A DNA stretch of 64,000 nucleotides from an uncultured Bacilli bacterium (GCA_934130005.1 CAKOXD010000003.1:41980-105979), one strand, 5' to 3'. Counted from the first letter of the stretch, positions 28,402 through 39,435 are shown. Notes: generated from the sequence alone by a model not told the origin. Numbers and translations: made by a program.

Positions 28402-30306
28402 CTAACCTAACATTAGTTTTACTACTTCACCTTCTAGTATTCTTTCATTACTACTAGGTGATTGATATATTACTTTTTCTCCTTCTCCTGTATATTCAAC
28501 TTTAAAATCTTTTAATTCCTTTAATGCATCTTTTAATGTTTTCCCTTCTACATTAGGTACTTTTATATATTTTTTATCATTATAATTATATTTTTTTTCA
28601 CTTGCTCCATTTGGTTTTTTAATATTAAGTATCCTAATTGCATCGTTTAATATTACCTTAGCTATAGGTGCTGCTATTGTTCCACCATATTGTGTTGCTC
28701 CCTTGGCGTTATCAATTGCTATATATACAACAACTTCTGGATCATTTGCTGGTAAAAATCCTATAAATGATACTATATAGTTTCCTACCATATATCTTCC
28801 ATCTTTTACTTTTTGAGCAGTCCCTGTTTTTCCTCCTACTCTATAACCATCAATAAAAGCTGTTCTTCCTGTTCCATTTGTTACAACACTTTCAAGTGCA
28901 TATCTTACTTTTTTACTTGTATCTTCGCTTATTACTTTTCTTACAACTTGGGGTTTATTTTCCAGTATTACTGAATTTGTTTCTGGTTCATTTATACTTT
29001 TTACAATATATGGTTTATATAATATTCCACCATTTATTGCTGCACTAACTGCTGTTATTTGTTGAATTGGAGTTACCGATACTCCTTGGCCAAATGCAGT
29101 AGTTGCAAGTTCTACCGGTCCTACTTTGTCTAAACTAAATAATATTCCTTTACTTTCTCCATTTAATTCAACCCCTGTTTTCTTACCAAAACCAAATTTG
29201 TTTATATATTCAAACAATTTTTCTTTTCCTAATTTTTGCCCTATAGTTACAAATCCTGGATTGCAAGAATTCTCTACTACTTGTAGATATGTTTGACTTC
29301 CATGACCACCGTGTTTCCAACATTTAATTCTAGCATTTTCTACTTTTATACTTCCTGAATCATGATAATGGTCATTTTCTAAATCTATTAATTTTTCTTC
29401 TAAGGCACTTGCTAATGATATGATTTTAAATGTACTACCTGGTTCATATGTCATCCACACAGGTAAATTTCTATTTATTTCTTCTACTTTATAATTTTTA
29501 TATTTACTTGGTGAAAAATTAGGACGAGATGATATTGCAAGTATTTCTCCTGTTTTTGGATTCATAGCTATACCCAATGCTTGATCTGGATTATATTTAG
29601 ATACCGCATTATCAAGTTCTCTTTCAAGTGATTCTTGAAGTTCAAAATTTATAGTTAAAGTCATATTCATTCCATCTTGTGGTTTCTCATAACTTTCTTC
29701 TAATTCTAATTTATTTCCTTTTGCATCACTAGCATATTTTATCGAACCATATTCTCCTGTTAAATACTTATCATAAGTAAGTTCTAATCCACTTAATCCT
29801 TGATTATCTATTCCAACAAATCCTATTGTATGAGCTAGCATTTTGTCATATGGATAATATCTTTTCGATTCTTTTATAAGATATACTCCATCTAATTTTA
29901 AGGCATTTATTTTGTCTGCTACTTCATATGATAATCTTCTTCCAATTGGATGAACTCTTTCTATTGATGTTCTTTTATTAACATGTTTGTACATTTCTTC
30001 ATATGATGTATTTAGAATGTTCGCTAATTCTTTAGCAACTACTTTTTTATTTTTGATTTGATTAGGAACTAATACTAATGATACTGTTGTTTTGTTACTT
30101 GCAAGTATTTTGGAATTTCTATCATATATTTTTCCTCTATTTGCTTCTACTGGTAAATTTCTATTCCATAAGGAACTTGCTAAACTATTTAGTTTTCCAT
30201 AACTAATAACTTGAATATAAAATACTTTTAATATTATCACAACAAATAAAACTACTATAAAAAAAGTTATTATTTTAATTCTATTATGTATATTTTTATA
30301 AAACAT
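28402..30306 (-). CDS. Class B penicillin-binding protein (FtsI/SpoVD-like transpeptidase) with C-terminal PASTA
   Basis: 634 aa. STFK, SCN and KTGTA motifs plus a PASTA domain at the C-terminus. Confidence 0.85.
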   Translation of the reverse strand: MFYKNIHNRIKIITFFIVVLFVVIILKVFYIQVISYGKLNSLASSLWNRNLPVEANRGKIYDRNSKILASNKTTVSLVLVPNQIKNKKVVAKELANILNTSYEEMYKHVNKRTSIERVHPIGRRLSYEVADKINALKLDGVYLIKESKRYYPYDKMLAHTIGFVGIDNQGLSGLELTYDKYLTGEYGSIKYASDAKGNKLELEESYEKPQDGMNMTLTINFELQESLERELDNAVSKYNPDQALGIAMNPKTGEILAISSRPNFSPSKYKNYKVEEINRNLPVWMTYEPGSTFKIISLASALEEKLIDLENDHYHDSGSIKVENARIKCWKHGGHGSQTYLQVVENSCNPGFVTIGQKLGKEKLFEYINKFGFGKKTGVELNGESKGILFSLDKVGPVELATTAFGQGVSVTPIQQITAVSAAINGGILYKPYIVKSINEPETNSVILENKPQVVRKVISEDTSKKVRYALESVVTNGTGRTAFIDGYRVGGKTGTAQKVKDGRYMVGNYIVSFIGFLPANDPEVVVYIAIDNAKGATQYGGTIAAPIAKVILNDAIRILNIKKPNGASEKKYNYNDKKYIKVPNVEGKTLKDALKELKDFKVEYTGEGEKVIYQSPSSNERILEGEVVKLMLG

Positions 30307-30410
30307 TCTATCACCAGTAAATTATATGAAAATTTTATATTATATTTGTTATATTTTTATTTTTTTATTTCATATATTTTATTTTTACATATAATATATA
30401 AGGAGGTTTT

Positions 30411-30800
30411 ATGGAAACAGAATTAAGTAATGTTGTATCTGCACTTGGTAATTATAATGAAATTCCAACATCTATAACTAGTGATGCTGTTTTAGTTACT
30501 ATGATTGATGGTCTTACAATTACAAAGACTGCAGATAAACCTATTTGGGCAGATGGTAGCCTAACTTATACTATCAAAATTGATAATCAAACAAATGAAA
30601 CATATTCAAGTCCTGTTATCACTGATGTTATAAGCACTTTAGTTTCTTTTACAAATGATAGTGTTACAATTGATGGTGTTAAAGCAGGAAGTGAACAATA
30701 TACTTTTGATACATCTACTAATACACTTAAAGTTACTTTAGATGATATAGCACCCACACAATCAAAAACTGTTACGTTTCAAGTTACGAAAAAAGCATAA
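30411..30800 (+). CDS. DUF11-like (conserved repeat domain) small protein
   Basis: 129 aa. The ITKTADKP…GSLTYTIKIDNQTNETYSSPVITDVIS..LVSF…SVTIDGVKA pattern fits the TIGR01451/DUF11-type beta-sandwich. No signal peptide. A strong AGGAGG RBS is present. Confidence 0.45.
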   Translation: METELSNVVSALGNYNEIPTSITSDAVLVTMIDGLTITKTADKPIWADGSLTYTIKIDNQTNETYSSPVITDVISTLVSFTNDSVTIDGVKAGSEQYTFDTSTNTLKVTLDDIAPTQSKTVTFQVTKKA

Positions 30801-30940
30801 TGAAGTATTTATCTTAAAAAATTATGCAATATTAACTGTTAATAATAATTCATATAAGAGTAATACTGTTATCGTTAATAGTATATTGTCAAAAATTAAA
30901 AACGATAAATGTTTTTGTGACACTCCATTTTGGAGATATT

Positions 30941-30970
30941 AAAAAAACACTATTAAATAGTGTTTTTATT
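30941..30970. terminator. Bidirectional terminator
   Basis: aaaaaaacactattaaatagtgtttttatt forms the AACACTA/TAGTGTT stem. Confidence 0.55.
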
Positions 30971-32828
30971 CTTCTAAACTCCATATTATAACTGCACTAT
31001 ATATCTTATTTATTTCAATATAGTTAATTATTTGAGCTAAAATATTTTCATCTTTTTTAAATACTATTGTTGTTTCTTTTGTTACTCCTTCGTTTTTTTC
31101 TCCTTGATATATAAGTGTTTTTTCATTTGATAATATATTTATATTACCATTGTCATCTAAATAAACAATAGATGATATTAATGTTTTGTCATCATCTTCT
31201 AAATCATGATTAATAGATGCATATAATTTCCAATCTGTACTATCAATTCTTGAATCAGTTATTTTTATTATAATATCTTCATTCTTACTTAAAAGTATAT
31301 TATTATTATTAATTCTTGATAATATAAATTCTATTTTTTCAGGATATGTATCTATTGTTAAGTCACCACTATATATTATAGTTACCTTTTTTGTATGATA
31401 TATTAAACTATTATTTTCTTTTGATGTAATAGTTATTACCGTACCTATTTCAAGTTCTGTTTCATAATCGTACTTAAACAAATTATTTTCATCTGTTTTA
31501 ACTGTAGCATTTATATCATTATATTGTATAAGTACTGATGATGGATTAGTTGTTTTTCCTGTTATATTAAGTGATTTATCTGTTATTGGATTAATATGTA
31601 ATATAGAATCTGCGACTGATAATGCTTTATTAGTACTTATATTAAAATTACTTAATGATGGAAGATTTAATAATTCTTCTTCTGTAAAATTAGATTTTTC
31701 TATTGTTGTTTTTGTTGAATTAAATTTTCCTGTTATAGTTGCTACTAAATTATCTTTATACCATGCATATGTTGGCAATGTAGATAAACTAATTTCACTA
31801 TCTATTTGGATTGCTTTAGAAAAAATATTTATTCTTGTAAAATTAAATTCAAATGGTATTTCATAAGAAGTTGATATAACATTAGCAGATTCATTATATA
31901 AAATAACATATCCTGGATTATTTAAAATTAATCCTGAAGTTGATGTTGTAAAATTTATATTATAGTTTAATGTTGATATATTTGTATAATTATTAATAAT
32001 ACTTAAATTTGATAATTCATTTAAAGTGATTACTCCTGAACTATACCAAGTTGAATAATTTCCGTTTTTTTCTGTTTGGCTAATATTTAAAGTTGCCTTG
32101 CTATCTATTAGAGTTGTTCCTGTACCATAATTTCCATATGAAAGACCATTTTTTGTTGTAACATTAAATGTTGAATTTTGATTTAGTGTTAATTTAAGAT
32201 CATAAACTCCATAAATTAATTCTCTTGATATACTTGTAAAATTAACTATTGCATTTTTTAATATTGTTAAAGATGGTTCACTGTTTCTAAACCAAAATGA
32301 TGAGTTTGCTGTTGATTTATGTAAAATAGTTGTATTTCCACCTATTTCAATTTTATTGCATTCTGCTACTTCATTTCCACTAGCATAATTATCTTGAATA
32401 GTTATATTACAATCTATAAACCTTGTAAGCCCATTTGGATTAAAGGAAATTTGTGGCCCAATATATGTTATGTTATTATATTCAATTATAATATTTTTAT
32501 AATCATTACTTTCTGGTACATAAATTATTCCATAATAGTTATACCCAGTAACATCCATGTTTTTTACAGTTACATTTAACGTAAGTTTATTTGATACTGC
32601 TATTACATTTGCTGTTGAAAGGCTTTTCATATCAGTAAATTTATAGCGATTATTATTGTATGTTCCATTAATTGTAATATTATTTTTAGTACCAGATATT
32701 TTTATTCCACTTGTTAGTGTTATATCATTTCCAAAATAGATATAAGTGTATGAATTATTGTTTTCAAGTATATTTTTTAATTCTTCACTTGATGTAACAA
32801 CTACCGTATTATTATCAATTATTTCCAT
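30966..32828 (-). CDS. Asn/Thr/Ser-rich protein with probable right-handed beta-helix repeats, no signal peptide
   Basis: 620 aa, extremely N/T/S/I-rich with short repeats (NITINGT, NITYIG, NITIQDN) typical of pectin-lyase-fold proteins. The function is unknown. Confidence 0.35.
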   Translation of the reverse strand: MEIIDNNTVVVTSSEELKNILENNNSYTYIYFGNDITLTSGIKISGTKNNITINGTYNNNRYKFTDMKSLSTANVIAVSNKLTLNVTVKNMDVTGYNYYGIIYVPESNDYKNIIIEYNNITYIGPQISFNPNGLTRFIDCNITIQDNYASGNEVAECNKIEIGGNTTILHKSTANSSFWFRNSEPSLTILKNAIVNFTSISRELIYGVYDLKLTLNQNSTFNVTTKNGLSYGNYGTGTTLIDSKATLNISQTEKNGNYSTWYSSGVITLNELSNLSIINNYTNISTLNYNINFTTSTSGLILNNPGYVILYNESANVISTSYEIPFEFNFTRINIFSKAIQIDSEISLSTLPTYAWYKDNLVATITGKFNSTKTTIEKSNFTEEELLNLPSLSNFNISTNKALSVADSILHINPITDKSLNITGKTTNPSSVLIQYNDINATVKTDENNLFKYDYETELEIGTVITITSKENNSLIYHTKKVTIIYSGDLTIDTYPEKIEFILSRINNNNILLSKNEDIIIKITDSRIDSTDWKLYASINHDLEDDDKTLISSIVYLDDNGNINILSNEKTLIYQGEKNEGVTKETTIVFKKDENILAQIINYIEINKIYSAVIIWSLEE

Positions 32829-32926
32829 ATAAATAACTCCTTTATATATTTTATGAGATTAATAGTTATTAAGATAATTTAAATCACTATTTTATTTAAA
32901 TACATAAAAAAAGACAAATAATTTGT

Positions 32927-34354
32927 CTAATTATTTATATGTTGATGTGCTGAAAAAGAATCGCTATTTAATGCTTTAAAAGTATATCCTCTAGCTAATC
33001 CTTCTTTTATAATAGTTTCAACTGCATCTACACTAAATTTTTTTACATCGTGTTGTAATATTACTAATGTTTTACCACTATTCATTGATCTTACTACATT
33101 ATTTATTACTTTATCTGTACTTGTTGTTCCACCAGCATCTCCACTTGAAACATTCCAATCAAAATAAGTGTATCCTCTACTTGTAAGTTCACTCGTTATA
33201 TCTGTCATTATTCCTTTTTTATATTTTCTACTTACAGTATTAGAACTACCTCCTGGAAGTCTTACAAGTTTTGAATAAGTTCCAGTTTCTCTTTTAATAA
33301 TATTATTCATTTTGTCTAAATCATTAAAATAACTGTCTATACTACTATATACTGTTTTATAATTATGAGAATATGAATGAATTGCTACTGAATGTCCTTC
33401 CATATATTCTCTTTTTATTAGATAAGCATATTTAGGATATTGATATGTAACAAAAAATGTTGCTTTTACATTATATTTTTTTAGTATATTTAAAAGTTCA
33501 TCAGTATATATATAAGGTCCATCATCAAATGTAAGATATATTATTTTTCCGTTATTATTAGTATTATTTGGTTTTATAACTCTTACTGTTCTTTCTTCAT
33601 GTGCTATATTACCATCATTATCTTTTACTTCATATATTACCTTATATGTTCCTATTTTATTTGTATTAACATTATTCTTTATTTCTATTTTATCAGTTAT
33701 ATCTTTATCACAATTATCATAAGCAGTTGCTTTTTTGTCTTTATAATTTGAATATAATAAAATAGTTTCTATCTTATTTCCATTTATTTTTATAACTGGT
33801 TTTTCTATATCTTTATATTCTACATTTAAGATTTTTACTGTTTCATTGTTACTAGAATCAGACACTTTAATAATTAATTTATCTCCTTTTAATTGTTTTA
33901 TAATCTTATCTTTCAAATCTCCGTCATAATTATCTGTTGCTTCTATTTCTAGGTCAATTGTTTCACTACCCTTACATACATATATGGGTTCTTCTTTGTT
34001 TACTTTTATAACTGGCTTTTCTCTATCAACTACTTCTACTATTTTTGTAAAGTTTATTTTTTTATTTTTTATTTTTGCTTGATATTTTATTTTATATTTA
34101 CCAAGTTTTTCTGTATCAATTTTATCTTCTTTTATTTTTTTTATATTTTTTACTTTCTTATATCCTAGTAATTTATTTCCATATTTAATATTTATATCTT
34201 TTTCTTTATATGTACTTTTATATTCTATTTTTTCTATATTTTCTTGTGGTAAAATAAATTCTTTTTTTATTATAAATAAATAAAATAATACTATAAATAT
34301 CACTATAACTATTGATATTAAACTTATAAATATACTTTTCTTCATAAAACACAC
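32927..34354 (-). CDS. Membrane-anchored polysaccharide deacetylase (NodB domain) with N-terminal Ig-like repeats
   Basis: 475 aa. An N-terminal TM, two about 90-aa repeats (…PVIK(V/I)N…YDNxD…), then TFDDGP and HSYSH NodB motifs. Confidence 0.7.
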   Translation of the reverse strand: MCFMKKSIFISLISIVIVIFIVLFYLFIIKKEFILPQENIEKIEYKSTYKEKDINIKYGNKLLGYKKVKNIKKIKEDKIDTEKLGKYKIKYQAKIKNKKINFTKIVEVVDREKPVIKVNKEEPIYVCKGSETIDLEIEATDNYDGDLKDKIIKQLKGDKLIIKVSDSSNNETVKILNVEYKDIEKPVIKINGNKIETILLYSNYKDKKATAYDNCDKDITDKIEIKNNVNTNKIGTYKVIYEVKDNDGNIAHEERTVRVIKPNNTNNNGKIIYLTFDDGPYIYTDELLNILKKYNVKATFFVTYQYPKYAYLIKREYMEGHSVAIHSYSHNYKTVYSSIDSYFNDLDKMNNIIKRETGTYSKLVRLPGGSSNTVSRKYKKGIMTDITSELTSRGYTYFDWNVSSGDAGGTTSTDKVINNVVRSMNSGKTLVILQHDVKKFSVDAVETIIKEGLARGYTFKALNSDSFSAHQHINN

Positions 34355-34421
34355 ATCCTAAAACTATTATAATTATAATATATATTTATCTTTTTTTAAA
34401 TAAAAAAAATAGATAATTTAT

Positions 34422-36719
34422 CTATTTTTGAAATTGTGAATTATAAAGTTCTGCATAGAAACCATTTTGTTTCATTAATTGTTCATGATTTCCTTGTTCT
34501 ATAATATTTCCATCTTTCATAACTAATATTAAATTAGCATTTTTTATTGTACTAAGTCTATGAGCTATTATAAAAGATGTTCTTCCTTCTGTTAATTTAT
34601 CCATTGCTTTACTTACTAATTCTTCTGTTCTGGTATCTACATTACTTGTTGCTTCATCTAGTATTAGTAATGGAGCTTTATCAAGCATACCACGAGCAAT
34701 TGTAATTAATTGTTTTTGTCCTGATGATATACTGTCACTATCTGTTATTAAAGATTCATATCCATTTGGAAGTGTTTCTATAAAATGATCTACACCTACT
34801 TCTTTACAAACTCTTCTAATTTCTTCATCACTAATATTTTGGTGGTTATAAACAATATTTTCTTTTATTGTACCATTAAATACCCATGTATCTTGAAGAA
34901 CCATTGTAAACAATGAATGAATATTCTCTCTTGTAAGTTCATTTATAGATATTCCATCTATTTTTATATCGCCACTATTTATATTATAAAATTTCATAAG
35001 TAAGTTTACCATTGTAGTTTTTCCTGCACCTGTTGGTCCTACTATAGCAACTTTTTCTCCACTTTTTATATTTGCTGTAAAATCTTTTATTATTATATCT
35101 TCATTATATCCAAATTTAACATGTGAAAATTCAACATTTCCTTTTACATCTTCTGGATTTAGATATTTCTCTTTTGTTTCTATTTCCATTTCTTGTTCTT
35201 CTAAAAATTCAAATACTCTTTCACTAGCTGCAGCAGTTGATTGAAGTGAAGTCATTGCTTGAGCTATTTGTGATAATGGACTTGTAAATAATCTTACGTA
35301 TGTAATAAAAGCAATTATAACACCAAATGTAATTGCATCTTTTGATACTAAAAGTGCTCCTACAATACATACAGCTACATATCCAAAGTTACCTATAAAG
35401 CCCATCATTGGTTGCATAAGTCCTGATAAAAATTGACTTTTCCTATTACATTCATATACATTTTTATTTAATTCATCAAATTTTTTATCAGCATCTTTTT
35501 TACCATTGTATACTTTTACAACATTAAGTCCTGAATATATTTCTTCTATATGACCATTAAGTTTTCCAAGTTCAACTTGTCTTGCTATAAAATATTTTTG
35601 AGATTTTCCTAGTATTTTAAACATAAATACAAATCCTATTAAACTTGCTAATATAGCAGTTATAGCTAATATACCATTAGTATAAAACATCATTATAATT
35701 GATCCTATAAATAAGGTTATTGAACTAACTAAGGTTGCTAATGATTGATTCATTGATTGCGCTATAGTATCAACATCATTTGTTACTCTAGATAATATAT
35801 CTCCAGATAAATTATTATCAAAATATTTAAGTGGTAATTTGTTTATTTTAATAGATATTTTACTTCTTAATTTTTTAGCAAATTTATTAGCTACATCTGT
35901 CATTAAAATAGATTGAATAAAATTAAATAAAGCACTGCATATATATATAATTACTAGGAATTTAGCAATTTCTTTGATTTTTTTCATATTTATTGTAGGT
36001 TCTATTACTTTTTTTATACTATTTGGTAATTCATCTACTTTTTTATAAATAGTACTTACATCTGTTTTTTCATTTATATTCCCTAATATATTTATAAATT
36101 CTATTTTATCTTTTGAATTAATTTCTACATTATCTATTTTTGAATTACTTAATAATATATTTTTTATATTATTTGGTATATTATTAAAACTATTATTTGC
36201 TAATGAATTAATTAATTTAGTTTTATCTTCTTTTGTTATTTCTGTTCCATTATATATAGAGTCTTCTAAAATTAAATTTAATATATTATTTGGTAATTTA
36301 TTTATATAACTAAATGTATTTTTTTCATCTTTATTTATCTTTTCTAATGTTTCGTTTAGTATTTTTTTATCAGCAGAATTTTTAACATTATCAAATTTTA
36401 TATTTAATATTTCGTTTATTTTTTTACTATATTCTTCACTACTTACTTCTTGTTTTATATCATTTGTAAGTATTTTTATATTTTTACTATTTATTATAAT
36501 TCCTTTACTTATTTCATCTGTTAAATCAGATAGTTTATTAGGAGCAATTAATGATAATATTGAACTGGACATTGCTAGTATAAGTGATATAAATATAAAT
36601 ATCTTAAAAGCTTTTAAATTTTTAAATAGTTTTATTAATGATTTTTTTAAATCTTTTGGTTTTTCAAAATTTGGTCCATGCATTGGTCCTCTTTTAGAAT
36701 TAGTTTTTTCATTATTCAT
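34422..36719 (-). CDS. ABC exporter permease/ATPase (heterodimer partner) with ~200-aa insertion between TM1 and TM2
   Basis: 765 aa with Walker A GPTGAGKTT, signature SSGQKQ and Walker B ILDEATS. Compared with its partner it is about 180 aa longer in the first extracytoplasmic loop. Confidence 0.85.
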   Translation of the reverse strand: MNNEKTNSKRGPMHGPNFEKPKDLKKSLIKLFKNLKAFKIFIFISLILAMSSSILSLIAPNKLSDLTDEISKGIIINSKNIKILTNDIKQEVSSEEYSKKINEILNIKFDNVKNSADKKILNETLEKINKDEKNTFSYINKLPNNILNLILEDSIYNGTEITKEDKTKLINSLANNSFNNIPNNIKNILLSNSKIDNVEINSKDKIEFINILGNINEKTDVSTIYKKVDELPNSIKKVIEPTINMKKIKEIAKFLVIIYICSALFNFIQSILMTDVANKFAKKLRSKISIKINKLPLKYFDNNLSGDILSRVTNDVDTIAQSMNQSLATLVSSITLFIGSIIMMFYTNGILAITAILASLIGFVFMFKILGKSQKYFIARQVELGKLNGHIEEIYSGLNVVKVYNGKKDADKKFDELNKNVYECNRKSQFLSGLMQPMMGFIGNFGYVAVCIVGALLVSKDAITFGVIIAFITYVRLFTSPLSQIAQAMTSLQSTAAASERVFEFLEEQEMEIETKEKYLNPEDVKGNVEFSHVKFGYNEDIIIKDFTANIKSGEKVAIVGPTGAGKTTMVNLLMKFYNINSGDIKIDGISINELTRENIHSLFTMVLQDTWVFNGTIKENIVYNHQNISDEEIRRVCKEVGVDHFIETLPNGYESLITDSDSISSGQKQLITIARGMLDKAPLLILDEATSNVDTRTEELVSKAMDKLTEGRTSFIIAHRLSTIKNANLILVMKDGNIIEQGNHEQLMKQNGFYAELYNSQFQK

Positions 36720-38472
36720 TTTCTAATTCCTCCTTTGAAAGTTGTGATAAAGCAATTTCTTTATATACTTCACAATTATTAAGCAATTCTTTATGTGTAC
36801 CCATTCCAACACATATTCCATTATCAAGTACAATTATTTTATCTGCATTCATAATTGTACCGATTCTTTGTGCGACTATTAAAATAGTTGCATCTTTTGT
36901 TGATTTCTTTAAATTTTTTCTTAATGTTGCATCTGTTTTGTAATCTAGTGCACTAAATGAGTCATCAAATATATATATTTCTGGATTACGAGCTATTGCA
37001 CGTGCTATTGAAAGCCTTTGTTTTTGTCCACCAGATATATTGGTACCACCTTGTGCAATATGTGCATTATATGTATCTTCCATATTTAATACAAATTCTT
37101 TTGCTTCTGCTATTTCTATAGCTTTTTTTATTTGTTCTTCTGTTATTTTTTCTTTACTTTCTCCATATGCAACATTACTTGATACTGTACCATTAAACAT
37201 TATAGCTTTTTGTGAAACATAACCTATTTTTTTATATAATGCTTCTTCTTTATATTCTTTAACATTAACACCATCTACTAATATTTCACCTTCTGTTACA
37301 TCATAAAATCTTGGTATAAGGTTTATAAGTGTTGATTTTCCACTTCCTGTTGATCCTATAAATGCAACTGTTTCTCCTTTTAAGGCTTTAAAACTAATAT
37401 CTTTTATAAGATATTCTTTAGCATCTGGATATTTAAATGATACATTTTTAAATTCAACAACACCTTTTAAATTGTCTATTCCATCTTCTCTTGTACCATC
37501 TTTAATACTTAGTTTTGTATCTAGTACTTCATTTATACGTTTTGCTGATACATTAGCTCTTGGTAGCATCATGAAAATCATTGCTAACATTAAGAAAGAC
37601 ATTATAACTTGCATTGCATAACTTGAAAATACAACCATATCACCAAATAAAGTTATTTTATCTGCCATTTGTGCATCTTTTATTAATATTGCCCCTATAA
37701 AATATATAGAAAGTGTTAAAAAGTATAATACTAAATACATTACAGGTTGAAGAAATGAAAATGCTTTTTGATTAAATAATTGCATATTAGTCAATTTATC
37801 ATTTACATTTTCGAATTTTTCTTCTTGATATTCTTCTGCATTAAAAGCCCTAACAACTCTAATTCCATTTAGATTTTCTCTTGTTACGCCATTAATACTA
37901 TCTATTAGTTTTTGAACTAATTTAAATCTTGGCATAACTATTAACATTAATACAATAATTGTTATTAATAAAATTAAAACTGCTATTGCTGTTATAATAC
38001 TCCAATCAATATTTTTATTTAATATTTTTGTTACAGCCCAAACTGCTGTAATTGGCGATTTGATTAAAAGTTGAAGTCCCATAGCTATAAACATTTGAAC
38101 TTGAGTAATGTCATTTGTTGTTCTTGTAATTAAACTACTTGTTCTAAATTTTTTTATTTCTTCTGATCCTAGAGATTCTACTTTAGTAAATAATTTTTTT
38201 CTTATATTCATTGAAAAAGTGGCAGCTATATTGGATATAAAATATCCTACTATAATTGCAGATATTAAACTTCCAAATGCACATATAAGCATATACATTC
38301 CTTGTTTTAAAATATCACCCATACTAGCTCCTTCGGTTTGAACTAGTTTTGTTATTTCTGACATATAATCGGGCATTTTAAGTTCTAGAAATACCTGAAA
38401 TACAATTAATATTAAGCATATAAATATTATAAAGTAATCTTTTTTATTAAAGTTTTTTATTAATTTTATCAT
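36712..38472 (-). CDS. ABC exporter permease/ATPase (heterodimer partner)
   Basis: 586 aa with GSTGSGKST, ISGGQKQRLSIARA and IFDDSFSALD. It overlaps both neighbouring genes, consistent with an operon. Confidence 0.85.
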   Translation of the reverse strand: MIKLIKNFNKKDYFIIFICLILIVFQVFLELKMPDYMSEITKLVQTEGASMGDILKQGMYMLICAFGSLISAIIVGYFISNIAATFSMNIRKKLFTKVESLGSEEIKKFRTSSLITRTTNDITQVQMFIAMGLQLLIKSPITAVWAVTKILNKNIDWSIITAIAVLILLITIIVLMLIVMPRFKLVQKLIDSINGVTRENLNGIRVVRAFNAEEYQEEKFENVNDKLTNMQLFNQKAFSFLQPVMYLVLYFLTLSIYFIGAILIKDAQMADKITLFGDMVVFSSYAMQVIMSFLMLAMIFMMLPRANVSAKRINEVLDTKLSIKDGTREDGIDNLKGVVEFKNVSFKYPDAKEYLIKDISFKALKGETVAFIGSTGSGKSTLINLIPRFYDVTEGEILVDGVNVKEYKEEALYKKIGYVSQKAIMFNGTVSSNVAYGESKEKITEEQIKKAIEIAEAKEFVLNMEDTYNAHIAQGGTNISGGQKQRLSIARAIARNPEIYIFDDSFSALDYKTDATLRKNLKKSTKDATILIVAQRIGTIMNADKIIVLDNGICVGMGTHKELLNNCEVYKEIALSQLSKEELENE

Positions 38473-38891
38473 AAATTATTCTCCTTTATATTTTCTTTTA
38501 TTTTATCTATAACAATAAAGAAATTTTCTAATTCTTCATTGGTTATGTTTTTTTTTAATTCTGTTTCTAAATTTATCATTTGTTCTTTTATTATTTTTAT
38601 TTCTTTTTTTATATCAACTGTTAAAAAAATTTCATTAATTCTGTTATTTGTTTCTTTTAAAATAAGATTATTTTTTTCCATTGTCTTTAAAATTCCTGAT
38701 ATAGTTGATCTTCTAAGATTAAATTCTTTTTCTAAGTCTTTTTGATAAGCTTTTTCATTTATTAATAAATAATCTATTATTTTATATTGAATTGGAGTTA
38801 TTATCTTATTGTTATTTTTATACATTAAAAATATTCTTCTTGTTAATAAATTGTTTATATCTTTTATTTCATATCCTATATATCGATTCAT
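38469..38891 (-). CDS. MarR family transcriptional regulator
   Basis: 140 aa with a winged HTH (…QYKIIDYLL…QKDLEKEFNLRRSTISGILKTMEK…). It is the first gene of the ABC operon. Confidence 0.7.
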   Translation of the reverse strand: MNRYIGYEIKDINNLLTRRIFLMYKNNNKIITPIQYKIIDYLLINEKAYQKDLEKEFNLRRSTISGILKTMEKNNLILKETNNRINEIFLTVDIKKEIKIIKEQMINLETELKKNITNEELENFFIVIDKIKENIKENNL

Positions 38892-38984
38892 AATATCACC
38901 TTTGTTAGTTACCTAACATGAATAATTCTACCAAATTAATATATGCAAGTCAATGAAATTTGTGTGAAAAAAAATAAAGTTGTT

Positions 38985-39374
38985 TTACTTTATTTCATAA
39001 TCAATATGTGCTGTTTGGAATAATTCTTCATCAACAAACTCATTTATATTTATTGTTTCTTTCTTTTTTACCGTATCAAGTGATACATCTAATGTCTTTA
39101 TTATATTATTATCACTATCTTTAAATAGAATAGTAAATTTATTTACTTTTATATCTTTATTTGTTTCATTTATTATAGATGTGTCAACAAATGTTTTTCC
39201 ACCACTTATATAAAATGATGCTGTCCCAAATTTTAAATCCTTAACTGTTTTATAATTAACAACAGGTGCATTAGGATCCTTTGTTTCTTCTTTCTTTACT
39301 TTTTTATTATTAGAACAACCTGTAATTAAAAATATTGATAATGTAATTGCTAAAAATATTTTAAATTTTTTCAT
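38985..39374 (-). CDS. Lipoprotein
   Basis: 129 aa with a signal peptide and an LITGCS lipobox. Confidence 0.5.
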   Translation of the reverse strand: MKKFKIFLAITLSIFLITGCSNNKKVKKEETKDPNAPVVNYKTVKDLKFGTASFYISGGKTFVDTSIINETNKDIKVNKFTILFKDSDNNIIKTLDVSLDTVKKKETININEFVDEELFQTAHIDYEIK

Positions 39375-39435
39375 ATTAACATCTCCCTAGTATATGTATA
39401 TTTTATCATAAATTATCATTAATTGTATATAATTT

